64,000 bases of DNA from a bacterium (GTDB lineage: Bacteria > SAR324 > XYD2-FULL-50-16), in the NCBI GenBank assembly GCA_032250835.1, contig JAVVEA010000008.1:1-64000 (forward strand), given 5' to 3'. Numbering within the stretch: position 1 is the stretch's first letter; each line of letters starts with the position of its first letter. Below are positions 1-9,245 of the stretch, piece after piece. Position numbers and translations under genes: made by a program. Under the pieces are notes generated by a model. That model was not told the origin of the DNA and made no database searches. It saw nothing but the letters and a program-made list of their open reading frames with translations.

Positions 1-3
1 ATC

Positions 4-1512
4 ATGAGCTTGAAAATCAACCATAACGTAGCGGCGCTGAACTCATGGCGCAACTTACAGAAGACGGACTCTGAGATGAACAAAACCTTAGAGCGTTTGT
101 CTTCGGGCAACAAGTTGAACCGGGCGGCCGATGGACCGGCGTCTTTGGTGATTGCCGAGCAGATGAAAGCCCAGGTGGCTTCGATGGAACAGGCCACCCA
201 GAACAGCGAGATGGCCGTTTCTTTGGTGCAAACCGCCGAAGCGAGCTTGGCTGAAGTCAACAACATCTTGATCAGCATGCGCCAGTTAGCGCTGCACGCA
301 GCCAACGAAGGCGGCAACGACGACAAGATGTTAGCCGCCGACCAAGCCGAAATGGACAACGCCTTAAAAACCATCGACGGGATCAGCCAGCAGGCCCAAT
401 TCGGAACCCGGATGTTGCTCGACGGGAGCAACGGGATCGGCGGGGTCGCCGTAGGCGAAGGGATGCGCTTTGTAAAAGCCGAGGTGGACACCGCCTCAAG
501 CCCGGCCGACGGATATAAGATCGACATCTCCGAAGTGGCCACTAAGGCCCGCTTGGAAGGCGAACGCAGCCTAACCCAAGAAGAGATGGACCAGGGCAAT
601 ATCCAGCTGACGCTGCACGAAGGCGGGCGGAGCCTGACCTACTACACCAAGGTCGGCGAAACCATGGACGCCATGTTGCGCAACCTTCAGCTCTTAATCG
701 ACCAGAACGGGTTGAAGCTGGATGTGGGCTTGACCGATGACCAGCGGCTCTTTGTGGAGCACCAAGAATTTGGCTCCGAGCCGAGCTTCGGGGCCATGAC
801 CTCGGTAGAGGGATTATTGACCGAAAATGCCAACGAGCTCGAAGAGGCAGTCCAGGGCAGCGATGTCCAGGGAACCATCGGGGGCGAACTGGCCTACGGC
901 GAAGGTCAATATTTGACCGGTGCCAAAGGCACGGCGGCAGAAGGCCTGACCATCCAATATTCGGGCGGCGTAAAAACCAAGCCCCAGACCGACGATCAGG
1001 GCAACCCGATCTTAGACGACCAAGGGCAACCGGTAGCGCCTGCGGAGATGGCCGAAGGTGCGGCTTATGTGACCAACAACAGCCTGAACTTCCAGGTTGG
1101 ACCCGGTCAGGACATGAACACGCGCATCGACCTGCCGAACTTGAATACCCACACCATGAGCCGTGGGGTGGAGAACGATTCAGGCTACACCTCCTTAGGT
1201 GAAATCGACCTGACCACCTTCCAAGGGGCCCAAGACGCCCTGAAGATGATCGACCAGTCGATTTACGAGGTGACCAGTATGCGGGGTAAATTAGGTGCCT
1301 TCCAGAAGAACACGCTGGAAACGAACCTGAACAACCTGCGCTACAGCCAGGAAAACCTGATCGCCGCTGAGTCGAGCTTGCGGGATGTGGACATGGCCAA
1401 AGAGATGAGCCAGTTCACCAAGCAGCAGATTCTGCTCTCTTCGGGTGTGGCCATGTTGGGCCAAGCGAACCAGACGCCCAAGTCGGTGCTCTCGCTGCTT
1501 AACGGCAACTAA
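4..1512 (+). CDS. fliC: Flagellin (paralog 1)
   Basis: N-terminal MSLKINHNVAAL...LERLSSG.KLNRAADGPA and C-terminal ESSLRDVDMAKEMSQFTKQQIL...QANQTPKSVLSLL are the conserved D0/D1 flagellin termini. Confidence 0.95.
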   Translation: MSLKINHNVAALNSWRNLQKTDSEMNKTLERLSSGNKLNRAADGPASLVIAEQMKAQVASMEQATQNSEMAVSLVQTAEASLAEVNNILISMRQLALHAANEGGNDDKMLAADQAEMDNALKTIDGISQQAQFGTRMLLDGSNGIGGVAVGEGMRFVKAEVDTASSPADGYKIDISEVATKARLEGERSLTQEEMDQGNIQLTLHEGGRSLTYYTKVGETMDAMLRNLQLLIDQNGLKLDVGLTDDQRLFVEHQEFGSEPSFGAMTSVEGLLTENANELEEAVQGSDVQGTIGGELAYGEGQYLTGAKGTAAEGLTIQYSGGVKTKPQTDDQGNPILDDQGQPVAPAEMAEGAAYVTNNSLNFQVGPGQDMNTRIDLPNLNTHTMSRGVENDSGYTSLGEIDLTTFQGAQDALKMIDQSIYEVTSMRGKLGAFQKNTLETNLNNLRYSQENLIAAESSLRDVDMAKEMSQFTKQQILLSSGVAMLGQANQTPKSVLSLLNGN

Positions 1513-1604
1513 TGACCTAAGGGCCGCCTGAGCGGCCCTAAGACCTAACTTATAGGCCGCCCAGTAGGGCCCAAGGCCCTCTAAAAAAATCATCGGAGTA
1601 GAAG

Positions 1605-2030
1605 ATGTCTTACGGCAAACCATACCAAGCATACCAACAGACGAGCGTGCAAACCAGCAGCCAGAAGCAGCTGATCGTGATGCTCTACGACGGGATGCAC
1701 CGGTTCATGAGCCAAGCGATCAAGGCCATTGAGGCCGGTGAGATCGAATCGGCCCACGAGAACCTCCACAAGACCGGCAAGATTTTGTTGGAACTGATGG
1801 CGACGCTGCGCGAAGACAAAGGCGGCGAAGTGGCCCAGAACCTCAAGAAACTTTACCTCTACTGCTACGAGCAGATTGTGATCGCGAACCTGAAGAAAGA
1901 CGCCCAGATGGTCTTAGACGTCCAAGGGGTGATCGGTAACCTGCGCGAAGGTTGGAAAGAGCTTTACGCCGCCAGCCAAAACAAAGGCAACCCCGGCGAA
2001 GTGGCGACCAACGTCCGCATCACCGGCTAA
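1605..2030 (+). CDS. fliS: Flagellin export chaperone FliS
   Basis: YQQTSVQTSSQKQLIVMLYDG and GGEVAQNLKKLYLY FliS motifs; adjacent to flagellin. Confidence 0.95.
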   Translation: MSYGKPYQAYQQTSVQTSSQKQLIVMLYDGMHRFMSQAIKAIEAGEIESAHENLHKTGKILLELMATLREDKGGEVAQNLKKLYLYCYEQIVIANLKKDAQMVLDVQGVIGNLREGWKELYAASQNKGNPGEVATNVRITG

Positions 2031-2904
2031 GGACCGGGGGGAATCCCCCAGTCCAGCCCAACTAAAGCCGCCCGGCAGGTGATCTTAAGGGCGCAAACCC
2101 ATGCTGGGGCCGCCAAGCCGCCCCGCTCCTAGGGGGGAAATCCCCTTTCCAGGCCGCCAACGCGCCGGAGTGCTAGGAGTCAACTAGGTGCAAAGGGTCC
2201 TTAAACCGAAGGACCGGGGCGGCCCAGGCCGACCCCAAAAGCGGGGGGTTCGCCCCCCTAAAAGATGCGCGGAGCCAGAGGCCTAAAGCCCGCCCGCAAA
2301 CCAAAGCCCGGCGCAGCCGGAGCGGCCCAAGTCAGCTTGGGTGGAGGGAAACCTCCGGTCCTTAAAAGAAAAGGATCTAGTTCTTGAAAAATTTGGTGAG
2401 AGATGGGGAGCGGTAAAAGCCCAACCCCCATCGACAGAGGCAAAGGGGTCCATCAGGACCGCCCCAGCGCTTGGAAGTCCCGGTGATCCGAAGCCCCCAT
2501 AAAAGGGTTTGAGCCGCCGAAGACCCCAGGAATCTGTCCCTCCGGAAGCTCCGAAGAGCCCATTAAAAGGGGTTTGGAGAGGCCGAGGTGCCTGGAAATC
2601 CCTTACCGGGAAATCCAAAGGCCCCAGGGGACCGATAAAGCCGCCTCTGAACAAGAATCCTGCGCCGATGTGCGTCTGCGCAGGGGTCCCTAAAGCTCCG
2701 GTAGATCCGAAGAGCCCCAAGGACCAATCCCCGGCAAAAACCGGGAAGGCTCTGGGAAACCAGAGTGGACGGTCAAGCCGTCAAACAAACGGGCTGGCGG
2801 GCCTGAGAACCCCGACAGTCCAGGGATAACCCCAAAAAGAAAGCAACTCTAGGCAAAAGCCACCAAACCGCCGCTGCCCAGAGACCCTAACGAGGAGAAA
2901 GAAC
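2031..2904 (+). other. Long hairpin-dense non-coding spacer or leader upstream of flagellin 2
   Basis: 874 nt with no credible ORF; short GC stems such as gggggg-TTCG-cccccc, ggagg-GAAA-cctcc, ctctgg-GAAA-ccagag, cccgg-caaaaa-ccggg, gacgg-tcaag-ccgtc. Confidence 0.55.
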
Positions 2905-4338
2905 ATGACTTTGCGAATCAACCATAACGTAGCTGCCATCAACGCCCACCGGAACTTGGTGAACAACGATGCGAAGCTTTCGAAAACCCTGGAGCACCTC
3001 TCCAGCGGGACTAAAATCAACCGGGCAGCCGATGGACCGGCGGCCCTAGTGATCTCTGAACAGATGCGGGCCCAGGTGGCCGGTTTGAGTCAGGCAGTGA
3101 TGAACAGCGAAAGCGCGGTCGCCATGGTGCAGACCGCCGAAGCCAACTTAAACGAGGTCAACCGCCTCTTGGTCAGTATGCGCCAGCTATCGATCCACGC
3201 AGCCAACGAAGGCGGCAACGACGAAGCAATGCTCGAAGCCGACCAGGCCGAATTGGCCAACGCCTTGGACTCCATCGACCGGATCAGCAAAGCCGCTCAG
3301 TACGGCAAGAAACAGCTGCTCGACGGGAGCCATGGGGTCAACGGCATCGCCTCGGGCCCGGACTTGGAGTTCATCAGCGCGAACACCAAAACCAATGCCT
3401 CGCCCCAAAGCGGGTACTCGGTTCAGATCAGCCAAGAAGCGACCCAAGCGAGAGCTTTGGGTAGCCAGGTGCTGACCCAGGACATGATCAACGCCGGTGA
3501 GAAACTGACCATCCAAGAGAATGGCCGCACCGTGCAGGTCATCACCCAGTTGGGTGAAACCCATGAAGAGATCCAGAACCGCTTGAACAACGAGTTCCGC
3601 GAGTCGGAACTGAACCTGGATGCTTACTTTGACCAAGGCCGCTTGACGCTGATCCACCGAGACTATGGTTCGGAAGCAGGCTTCACCGTTTCCAGCTCGA
3701 CGGCAGGCGTCTTAAGCTCTAGGGCCGACACCCCGATGTGGGTGCAGAACGGACATGACGTCCAAGGCACCATCGGGGGCGAGATCGCCAACGGTAAAGG
3801 CCAGATGTTAAGCGGCGGCAAAGGCACCAACGTCGAAGGCTTAGAAGTACGCTTCACCGGCGTGGCGGACCCCTTAAAGCCCGAGGTGGGCCGGGTCTCG
3901 GTTGAGAGTAACGCCTTCACCTTCCAGGTGGGCGGTAACCGCAACCAGATTGTGAAAATCCAGATCCCGAACATGAAGGCCGCCCAGATGGCCAAAAACG
4001 TCTCTAACGAGTCGGGCTACCAGAGCTTGCGGGACTTGGACCTGCGCACGGTGCAGGGCTCCCAGGACGCGCTGCTGCTGATCGACGAAGCGATCGACCA
4101 AGTCTCGAGCACAAGGGCTAACTTGGGTGCGGTGCAGAAAAACACGCTGGAAAGTAACTTGACCAGCTTGAGTGTGGCCCGTGAGAACTTGATCAACGCT
4201 GAATCGGTGATCCGCGATACCGATATGGCCAGTGAGATGAGTGACTTCACCAAGTACCAGATCATGAGCCAAAGCGCGACGGCCATGTTGGCCCAAGCGA
4301 ACCAAACGCCCAACAACGTCTTGAGCTTGTTGAAGTAA
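2905..4338 (+). CDS. fliC: Flagellin (paralog 2)
   Basis: MTLRINHNVAAINAHRNL and DTDMASEMSDFTKYQIMSQSATAMLAQANQTPNNVLSLLK; GAGGAG Shine-Dalgarno upstream. Confidence 0.95.
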   Translation: MTLRINHNVAAINAHRNLVNNDAKLSKTLEHLSSGTKINRAADGPAALVISEQMRAQVAGLSQAVMNSESAVAMVQTAEANLNEVNRLLVSMRQLSIHAANEGGNDEAMLEADQAELANALDSIDRISKAAQYGKKQLLDGSHGVNGIASGPDLEFISANTKTNASPQSGYSVQISQEATQARALGSQVLTQDMINAGEKLTIQENGRTVQVITQLGETHEEIQNRLNNEFRESELNLDAYFDQGRLTLIHRDYGSEAGFTVSSSTAGVLSSRADTPMWVQNGHDVQGTIGGEIANGKGQMLSGGKGTNVEGLEVRFTGVADPLKPEVGRVSVESNAFTFQVGGNRNQIVKIQIPNMKAAQMAKNVSNESGYQSLRDLDLRTVQGSQDALLLIDEAIDQVSSTRANLGAVQKNTLESNLTSLSVARENLINAESVIRDTDMASEMSDFTKYQIMSQSATAMLAQANQTPNNVLSLLK

Positions 4339-4433
4339 CGCCTTAGGGGCATAAAGCCGGGCCTTCGGGCCCGAGGCTTAAGGGGGAAGAGGAATTGAAT
4401 TGAGGAATTGAGATCAAGCCAAGGGAGGCTTGC

Positions 4434-5741
4434 ATGAAACTAGGACCAGAGCTTTATTCCTCTCAGGCACTGAGAGAGATGAACCAACGGCTGGGTCCCC
4501 AAATGGACCCACCAACCAACCTTAAGCCCGGCGGACGACCGACCGGGAGGGTGGCGGTGATCGCCGGATTAGAAGGCAAGGTTTCGTTGCTACAGGTAGC
4601 CCAGAAGAGTCTGGGCCACATCAAAAAATGGCTCGGCGAGATGCAGGGCTTTTTGGAGAATGCACCGGACCAAGAGGGCCAACTGGCCCCCAGCGTCGCC
4701 AACCGCTTTGTAGAAGACCGCTTGCAACAGATCGGCGGGATCACCGAAGCCACCAGCTTCGGGGCCAAGGCACTGCTCAACGGAAAGAGCGGGGTCTTAG
4801 GCGAAGCCGACGGACCGGGCCTGCAATTTGTGCGGGGCTCGGCGCGGGTGATCAGCAGCATAGGCCGGGGATACCCGGTGGCCATCGACGAATCGGCCCG
4901 ACCGGCCAGCCTGATGGGCGCGGCTTCGGTCAGTCCTTCGGTGATCGCTCAAGAGAGCTGGATTTCGCTTAAAGAAGGCGGGCTGGAGGCTCGCTACCAA
5001 GTGCGGGGTGATGAAGACCCCAGCCAATTGGCCCAGAATCTCCAGCGTTGCATCCAGGCCGCGGGCCTGGACCTGAGTGTTTATTTAACCCGCGACCAGC
5101 GGCTGCTGTTCCTGCACAACCAATTGGGCGGGGAGCCGCGCTTTGAAGGGCTCAGCCAGAAGACCCGGCTGATTTCGGCTAGACCGGGCGATCCGGTCTG
5201 GGCCACGCCTGGCAGGGACGTGTTGGGAAGCATCGGAACCGAACCGGCCCAAGGGCAAGGAGGTTTCTTGATCGGTGCCAAGGGGAATCCCCGCACCGAA
5301 GGGTTGATCATCTACTACGACGGCCAGGTGGACTATCCGGGCCAAGTGGTGGGTTATGTGCGGGTGAGCCAGTCGGGCTTGCTGGTGCCGCTGGATGTAG
5401 CGGGCCAGGAGGTGGAGATCTTAAGCCTGCCGGACCTGCGGCCCAAACAACAGGCCGTGGGCGTGCGTAACGCCAGCGGGTTTAAAAGCCTCGCCCAGAT
5501 CCGTGCGGGAAGCCCGACGGAACGCCGCGATGCGGACCTACTGGTGCAGAAGGCCTTGGGTGAGTTGGGTCAGTTGAGTGAGGAACTGCGCTGGAAAGAG
5601 CAGGTCTACATCAACAAAGCCATCGACCTTTTAAAGGCGGGCAACGAGTTTGAACCGAAGGGTACCGAACTGCTGGGGCTCTCCTCAGACAAGGCCCAGG
5701 CCATGGCCCAGCAGCTAAGGGGCATGATGAAGTCCGCTTAA
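4434..5741 (+). CDS. Divergent flagellin-like protein lacking the canonical D0 termini
   Basis: Central region aligns by eye with the neighbouring flagellins (FGAKALLNG, GRDVLGSIG, GQGGFLIGAKG, NASGFKSLAQI), but RINHN and LAQAN..VL.LL termini are absent. Confidence 0.75.
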   Translation: MKLGPELYSSQALREMNQRLGPQMDPPTNLKPGGRPTGRVAVIAGLEGKVSLLQVAQKSLGHIKKWLGEMQGFLENAPDQEGQLAPSVANRFVEDRLQQIGGITEATSFGAKALLNGKSGVLGEADGPGLQFVRGSARVISSIGRGYPVAIDESARPASLMGAASVSPSVIAQESWISLKEGGLEARYQVRGDEDPSQLAQNLQRCIQAAGLDLSVYLTRDQRLLFLHNQLGGEPRFEGLSQKTRLISARPGDPVWATPGRDVLGSIGTEPAQGQGGFLIGAKGNPRTEGLIIYYDGQVDYPGQVVGYVRVSQSGLLVPLDVAGQEVEILSLPDLRPKQQAVGVRNASGFKSLAQIRAGSPTERRDADLLVQKALGELGQLSEELRWKEQVYINKAIDLLKAGNEFEPKGTELLGLSSDKAQAMAQQLRGMMKSA

Positions 5742-5990
5742 AAAAGCGGCCCAACTTCCGGGCCACCGGAAGCGACGGGAAACCGTCACCCTGCAACACC
5801 CAGGTCTGTTTTACGGCGGGCCTGGGAACCGCAGACCGCCTGAGCGGGAATCCGCTGGGGCTAAGGTTACAGAACCCTTCTGGGTTCAACGCTTTCTTTC
5901 TCCTCTAGAGCTGGGCCGGTCCCCAAAGGACCGGCCTTGTCTCTAACGCAACAGAAGGAACAGGGCGTTGAGCCCATAAGGCTCGACCTG

Positions 5991-6404
5991 GGTCCAAGGA
6001 TGGATCTGATCTCGTAAGAGACGCCCCAAGGATGGGGCCCTCCAAACTAGGTTGAGTTCGTGGACTTGCGGTTCCAGGAAGGAACCCAACTCAGGCAAAG
6101 CAGGATGCTTTGACCAAATCCGGGCAGGATGCCCAAAGGTAAAGCTGCTTCGGCAGCAAACCAAGCGATCGGGCCCATTTATGGGTTCGCTAGTGGCAAC
6201 GGATACGTTCCGAGGGCTCATGGATTGAAGCCCAAGACTACCCACTGGTGGTTAAAAGACGGCGCATGGATGTGTCGTTCTTCAAATCGATCAAAGCATA
6301 AACCGTTGGTCCCGTTGGATGAGGGGGCTGCGGAAGTTGAAAACCCAACGAAGTTTAACAATTTCCAGCCAAGGTAGGCTGGAATCGGAGTCAAGGAGGA
6401 CACC
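5991..6404 (+). promoter_or_regulatory. Array of ~8 GGA-loop stem-loops (putative CsrA/RsmA sites) upstream of flagellin 3
   Basis: ggtcc-AAGGAT-ggatc 5991, gcccc-AAGGAT-ggggc 6023, ggttcc-AGGAA-ggaacc 6070, caaagc-AGGAT-gctttg 6096, gggc-AGGAT-gccc 6122, gggctc-ATGGAT-tgaagccc 6214, gacggcgc-ATGGAT-gtgtcgtt 6258, SD hairpin ggagtc-AAGGAG-gacacc 6387. Confidence 0.75.
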
Positions 6405-7862
6405 ATGTCTCTACGTATCAACCACAACACTGCTGCGATCAATGCACACCGCAATTTGCAGGCAAATGATGCCCAGATGGGCAAGACGCTGGAAAAACTC
6501 TCTAGTGGTTTAAAAATCAACCGGGCCGCCGATGGCCCCGCCGCTTTGGTCATCTCTGAACAGATGCGCGGCCAGATCGTGGGCTTGCAACAGGCCATCG
6601 ACAACTCGGAAACGGCGGTTTCTTTGGTGCAGACCACTGAAGCCAACTTAAACGAAGTCAGCCGGATGCTGGTTAGTGTTCGCCAGCTCGCCGTACATGC
6701 CGCGAACGAAGGCGTAAACGACGAGACTATGCTTGAGGCGGACCAACAGGAAATCAACAACGCCCTGGCCACCATCGACCGGATCGCCAACCAAGCACAG
6801 TTTGGCAACAAACGCCTGCTTGACGGTAGCCAAGGGGCCAGCGGCTCCACCACCGGCGTCGGCTTGGAATTTGCCGGCTCTGGTTTGAAGACCAAGGACA
6901 GCCGCGAATCTGGTTATGAGGTCAAGATCACCCAGAACGCCTCGAAGGCTTCGGTCCAAGGCACGGTGGCTCTGACCGACGAATTGGTTCAAGGCGGGGA
7001 AACCTTCACCTTGATCGAAAACGGCAAGATGGCCAGCTACACCACCCGTATGGACGACAACGTCCAGACGGCCTTGAAGAACTTAGAGTCCGAAGTGAAC
7101 CGCAACGGGTTGAACATCGACCTGGCGCTGTCCGACAACGGTACCTTGGAAGTGAAGCATAAAGAATATGGCTCAGCCTATGGCTTCCAGTTCTCTTCTT
7201 CGACCGCCGGGGTTCTTTCGAAAGAAGCCGGTCAGATCGAAGTCAGTAATGCGGGCATGGACATCAAGGGTACCATCAACGGCGAGTCGGCCATTGGTGA
7301 AGGCCAAGTCCTGACCGGTATGGAAGGCACGGCCAACGTGGATGGTTTACAGGTTCGCTACACTGGCCAAGCTGGCGAGAACGGCGAAATCCCTGAAGGC
7401 GGTGTCGAAGTGGGTCGGGCTTATGTAAGCCAGAACTCCATGAACTTCCAGGTGGGGGGCAACTATGGCCAAACCGTTGGGATCAGCGTGGAGAGCGTGA
7501 ACACTCGGACCATGGCCAACAACATCGAAAACGAGTCGGGTTTCCGCTCGCTGGCTGATGTGGATGTGCGCACCTTCCAAGGGGCACAGGACGCCTTGCG
7601 CTTAGTGGACGACGCCATCACTAGGCTCTCGTCTCGTCGGGGCGACTTGGGTGCCTTCCAGAAAAACACGCTGGAAAGCAACCTGAATAACCTGAAGGTT
7701 GCCCACGAGAACTTGGTTTCTTCGGAGTCGATCTTACGCGACGTGGACATGGCCAAAGAAATGGCTACCTTCACCCGCAACCAGATCATGAGTCAGTCGG
7801 CTACGGCGATGTTGGCCCAGGCCAACCAGACCCCGAGCAACGTACTGCAACTATTGAAGTAA
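6405..7862 (+). CDS. fliC: Flagellin (paralog 3)
   Basis: Conserved flagellin termini; AAGGAGG SD immediately upstream. Confidence 0.95.
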   Translation: MSLRINHNTAAINAHRNLQANDAQMGKTLEKLSSGLKINRAADGPAALVISEQMRGQIVGLQQAIDNSETAVSLVQTTEANLNEVSRMLVSVRQLAVHAANEGVNDETMLEADQQEINNALATIDRIANQAQFGNKRLLDGSQGASGSTTGVGLEFAGSGLKTKDSRESGYEVKITQNASKASVQGTVALTDELVQGGETFTLIENGKMASYTTRMDDNVQTALKNLESEVNRNGLNIDLALSDNGTLEVKHKEYGSAYGFQFSSSTAGVLSKEAGQIEVSNAGMDIKGTINGESAIGEGQVLTGMEGTANVDGLQVRYTGQAGENGEIPEGGVEVGRAYVSQNSMNFQVGGNYGQTVGISVESVNTRTMANNIENESGFRSLADVDVRTFQGAQDALRLVDDAITRLSSRRGDLGAFQKNTLESNLNNLKVAHENLVSSESILRDVDMAKEMATFTRNQIMSQSATAMLAQANQTPSNVLQLLK

Positions 7863-7868
7863 CCTTAA

Positions 7869-7892
7869 AGGTCCCGGCGCAAGTCGGGACCT
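7869..7892 (+). terminator. Strong 3' stem-loop after flagellin 3 (no U-tract; terminator or mRNA-stabilising hairpin)
   Basis: aggtcccggc-GCAA-gtcgggacct. Confidence 0.45.
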
Positions 7893-8357
7893 GAACCTAA
7901 GCGGCAGGGTAATTCCAGCCGCCTTCTTTGAGGGGCCTCACAGCCCTGCAAAGCCGAGGATTCGTCCTCGGAGATCTACCCAGCGCTTGTCGGGGTCGCA
8001 TTGCGGCCCCAACAGGGCAACCTATCGTCGGGGAGACGGTCTTTGGCCGTGACGATAGGTTGCCACCTGCGCTGGCTGGTTCTCTGAGTATGAGTGCCTG
8101 GGGGAAGCCCCAGAGAACTTCTCTGCTGCACCAAAAGGGTGCGGTGCCAAGCATTGCTTGGGAATTGAAAACTAAATCAGAAAGCAGTCCAATAAGTTTG
8201 ACGGACCCTCTGACTTAAGGCTTAACGGCCTGTTAGAGACCCATAGACTCCCTTTTGGGGAGGAGGCCGGTAGACTCGATTTATGCCCAAGAGAGCATTC
8301 TTCTGGGGAAAATGAGGCGACCGGATCGGGGGATAAAAATAAATTGGGGTCGAAAGA

Positions 8358-8968
8358 CTCAGGGGGGACTCCCCTTGGGGCCAAAGGGACTCAGGGGGGA
8401 ATCCGCCTGAATCCCGAACACTCCAAAACCCATCGCCCCGCTTTAAAGGGGCTGAAAAAATTGGGGTCTAAAGGTTCAGGGATTTCTCAATAAGGCAAAT
8501 TAGATGCCAGGGAGGAGTCCAGGCCTTTGAGGCCAACGGAGCGGAGTCGTTTATTTTGGGGCCAAAGGGTCCAGGGGGTAGTCCCCCAGGAGCCGGGAAG
8601 TTTCAGGGATCGGTCCTTGGAACCAGCTAGGGCCCAAAAAGCCGCTCAACCCTTCGGGATTTGTCCCCCAAGGACCTGTGAGGTCCAGGGGGTAGTCCGC
8701 AACTAGAGCATCGGTCCTCAGGGGGAATCCCCACAGGGGACCCGGCAGCAGTCCCAGAGGGGCCCAAAGGGCCCAGGGAGTAGTCCCCAAAGAGCCGCGA
8801 GGGCCCAGGGGAAAGTCCGTCAGAAGCCAACCGGCCCCAGGGGGGAATCCCCAAGGGCCCAGGACAGGGGAGTTAAAAGAATCCAGGGAGCAGTCCCCCA
8901 AGAGCCGGTAGGGCCCAGGGGGTAGTCCCCCACAAGCCAACCGGCCCCAGGGGGAATCCCGAAGGGCC
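8358..8968. repeat. Degenerate tandem repeat tract with ~32-bp period, core CCAGGGGG(T/A)A(G/A)TCCCC
   Basis: Core copies at 8358, 8390, 8571, 8685, ~8718, 8773, 8805, 8837, 8883, 8915, 8947; block 8773-8860 recurs at 8883-8968 (110-bp offset). Confidence 0.8.
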
Positions 8969-9245
8969 AAGGAATCGTTCCAAGGGAAGCCAAAATAACC
9001 GGGCGCAAGCCCCCTGATGGAGCCATGGAGGGGAGTAAACCCTTTGGGTCCCGGTGCTTCTGAAGGTAGGCCCTGGCTGGATTTGGGCGAAAGAGACCGT
9101 TTAAGGGCGGGTTGCAATGAACTGAGTGACTTGGCCGAGTCTTTAGGACTCAGGCCCCTTTGACGCCTGGGGTCTAAAAAAAATCGAGGCACGCCTCGTA
9201 AACCTATCTGGAGCAACGCTCCAAGGTCCCAAGGGACTTAAAAGC

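Noticed and set aside
2612-2638. Sigma-28 promoters (ACCGATAA 2631; GCCGATAG 9623; GCCGATTA 9827)
   Set aside because: No correctly spaced TAAA -35 element was found, so flagellin promoters remain unassigned.
2258-2829. Short ORFs in the flagellin spacers (also 5943-6377 and 9579-9940)
   Set aside because: Low-complexity Pro/Gly/Arg translations of GC hairpins, overlapping on both strands with no recognisable domain.
4434-5741. FlgL hook-associated protein
   Set aside because: Similarity is to the variable domains of the adjacent flagellins, and no FlgL-type termini or flgK neighbour are seen.
8358-8968. CRISPR array
   Set aside because: Units are degenerate, intervening sequences are themselves repeated rather than unique spacers, the period is only ~32 bp, and no cas genes are present.
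8551-9216. 221-aa minus-strand ORF with GDYPLGP repeats
   Set aside because: By-product of the 32-bp DNA repeat (period not divisible by 3); Pro/Gly-biased with no protein hallmarks.
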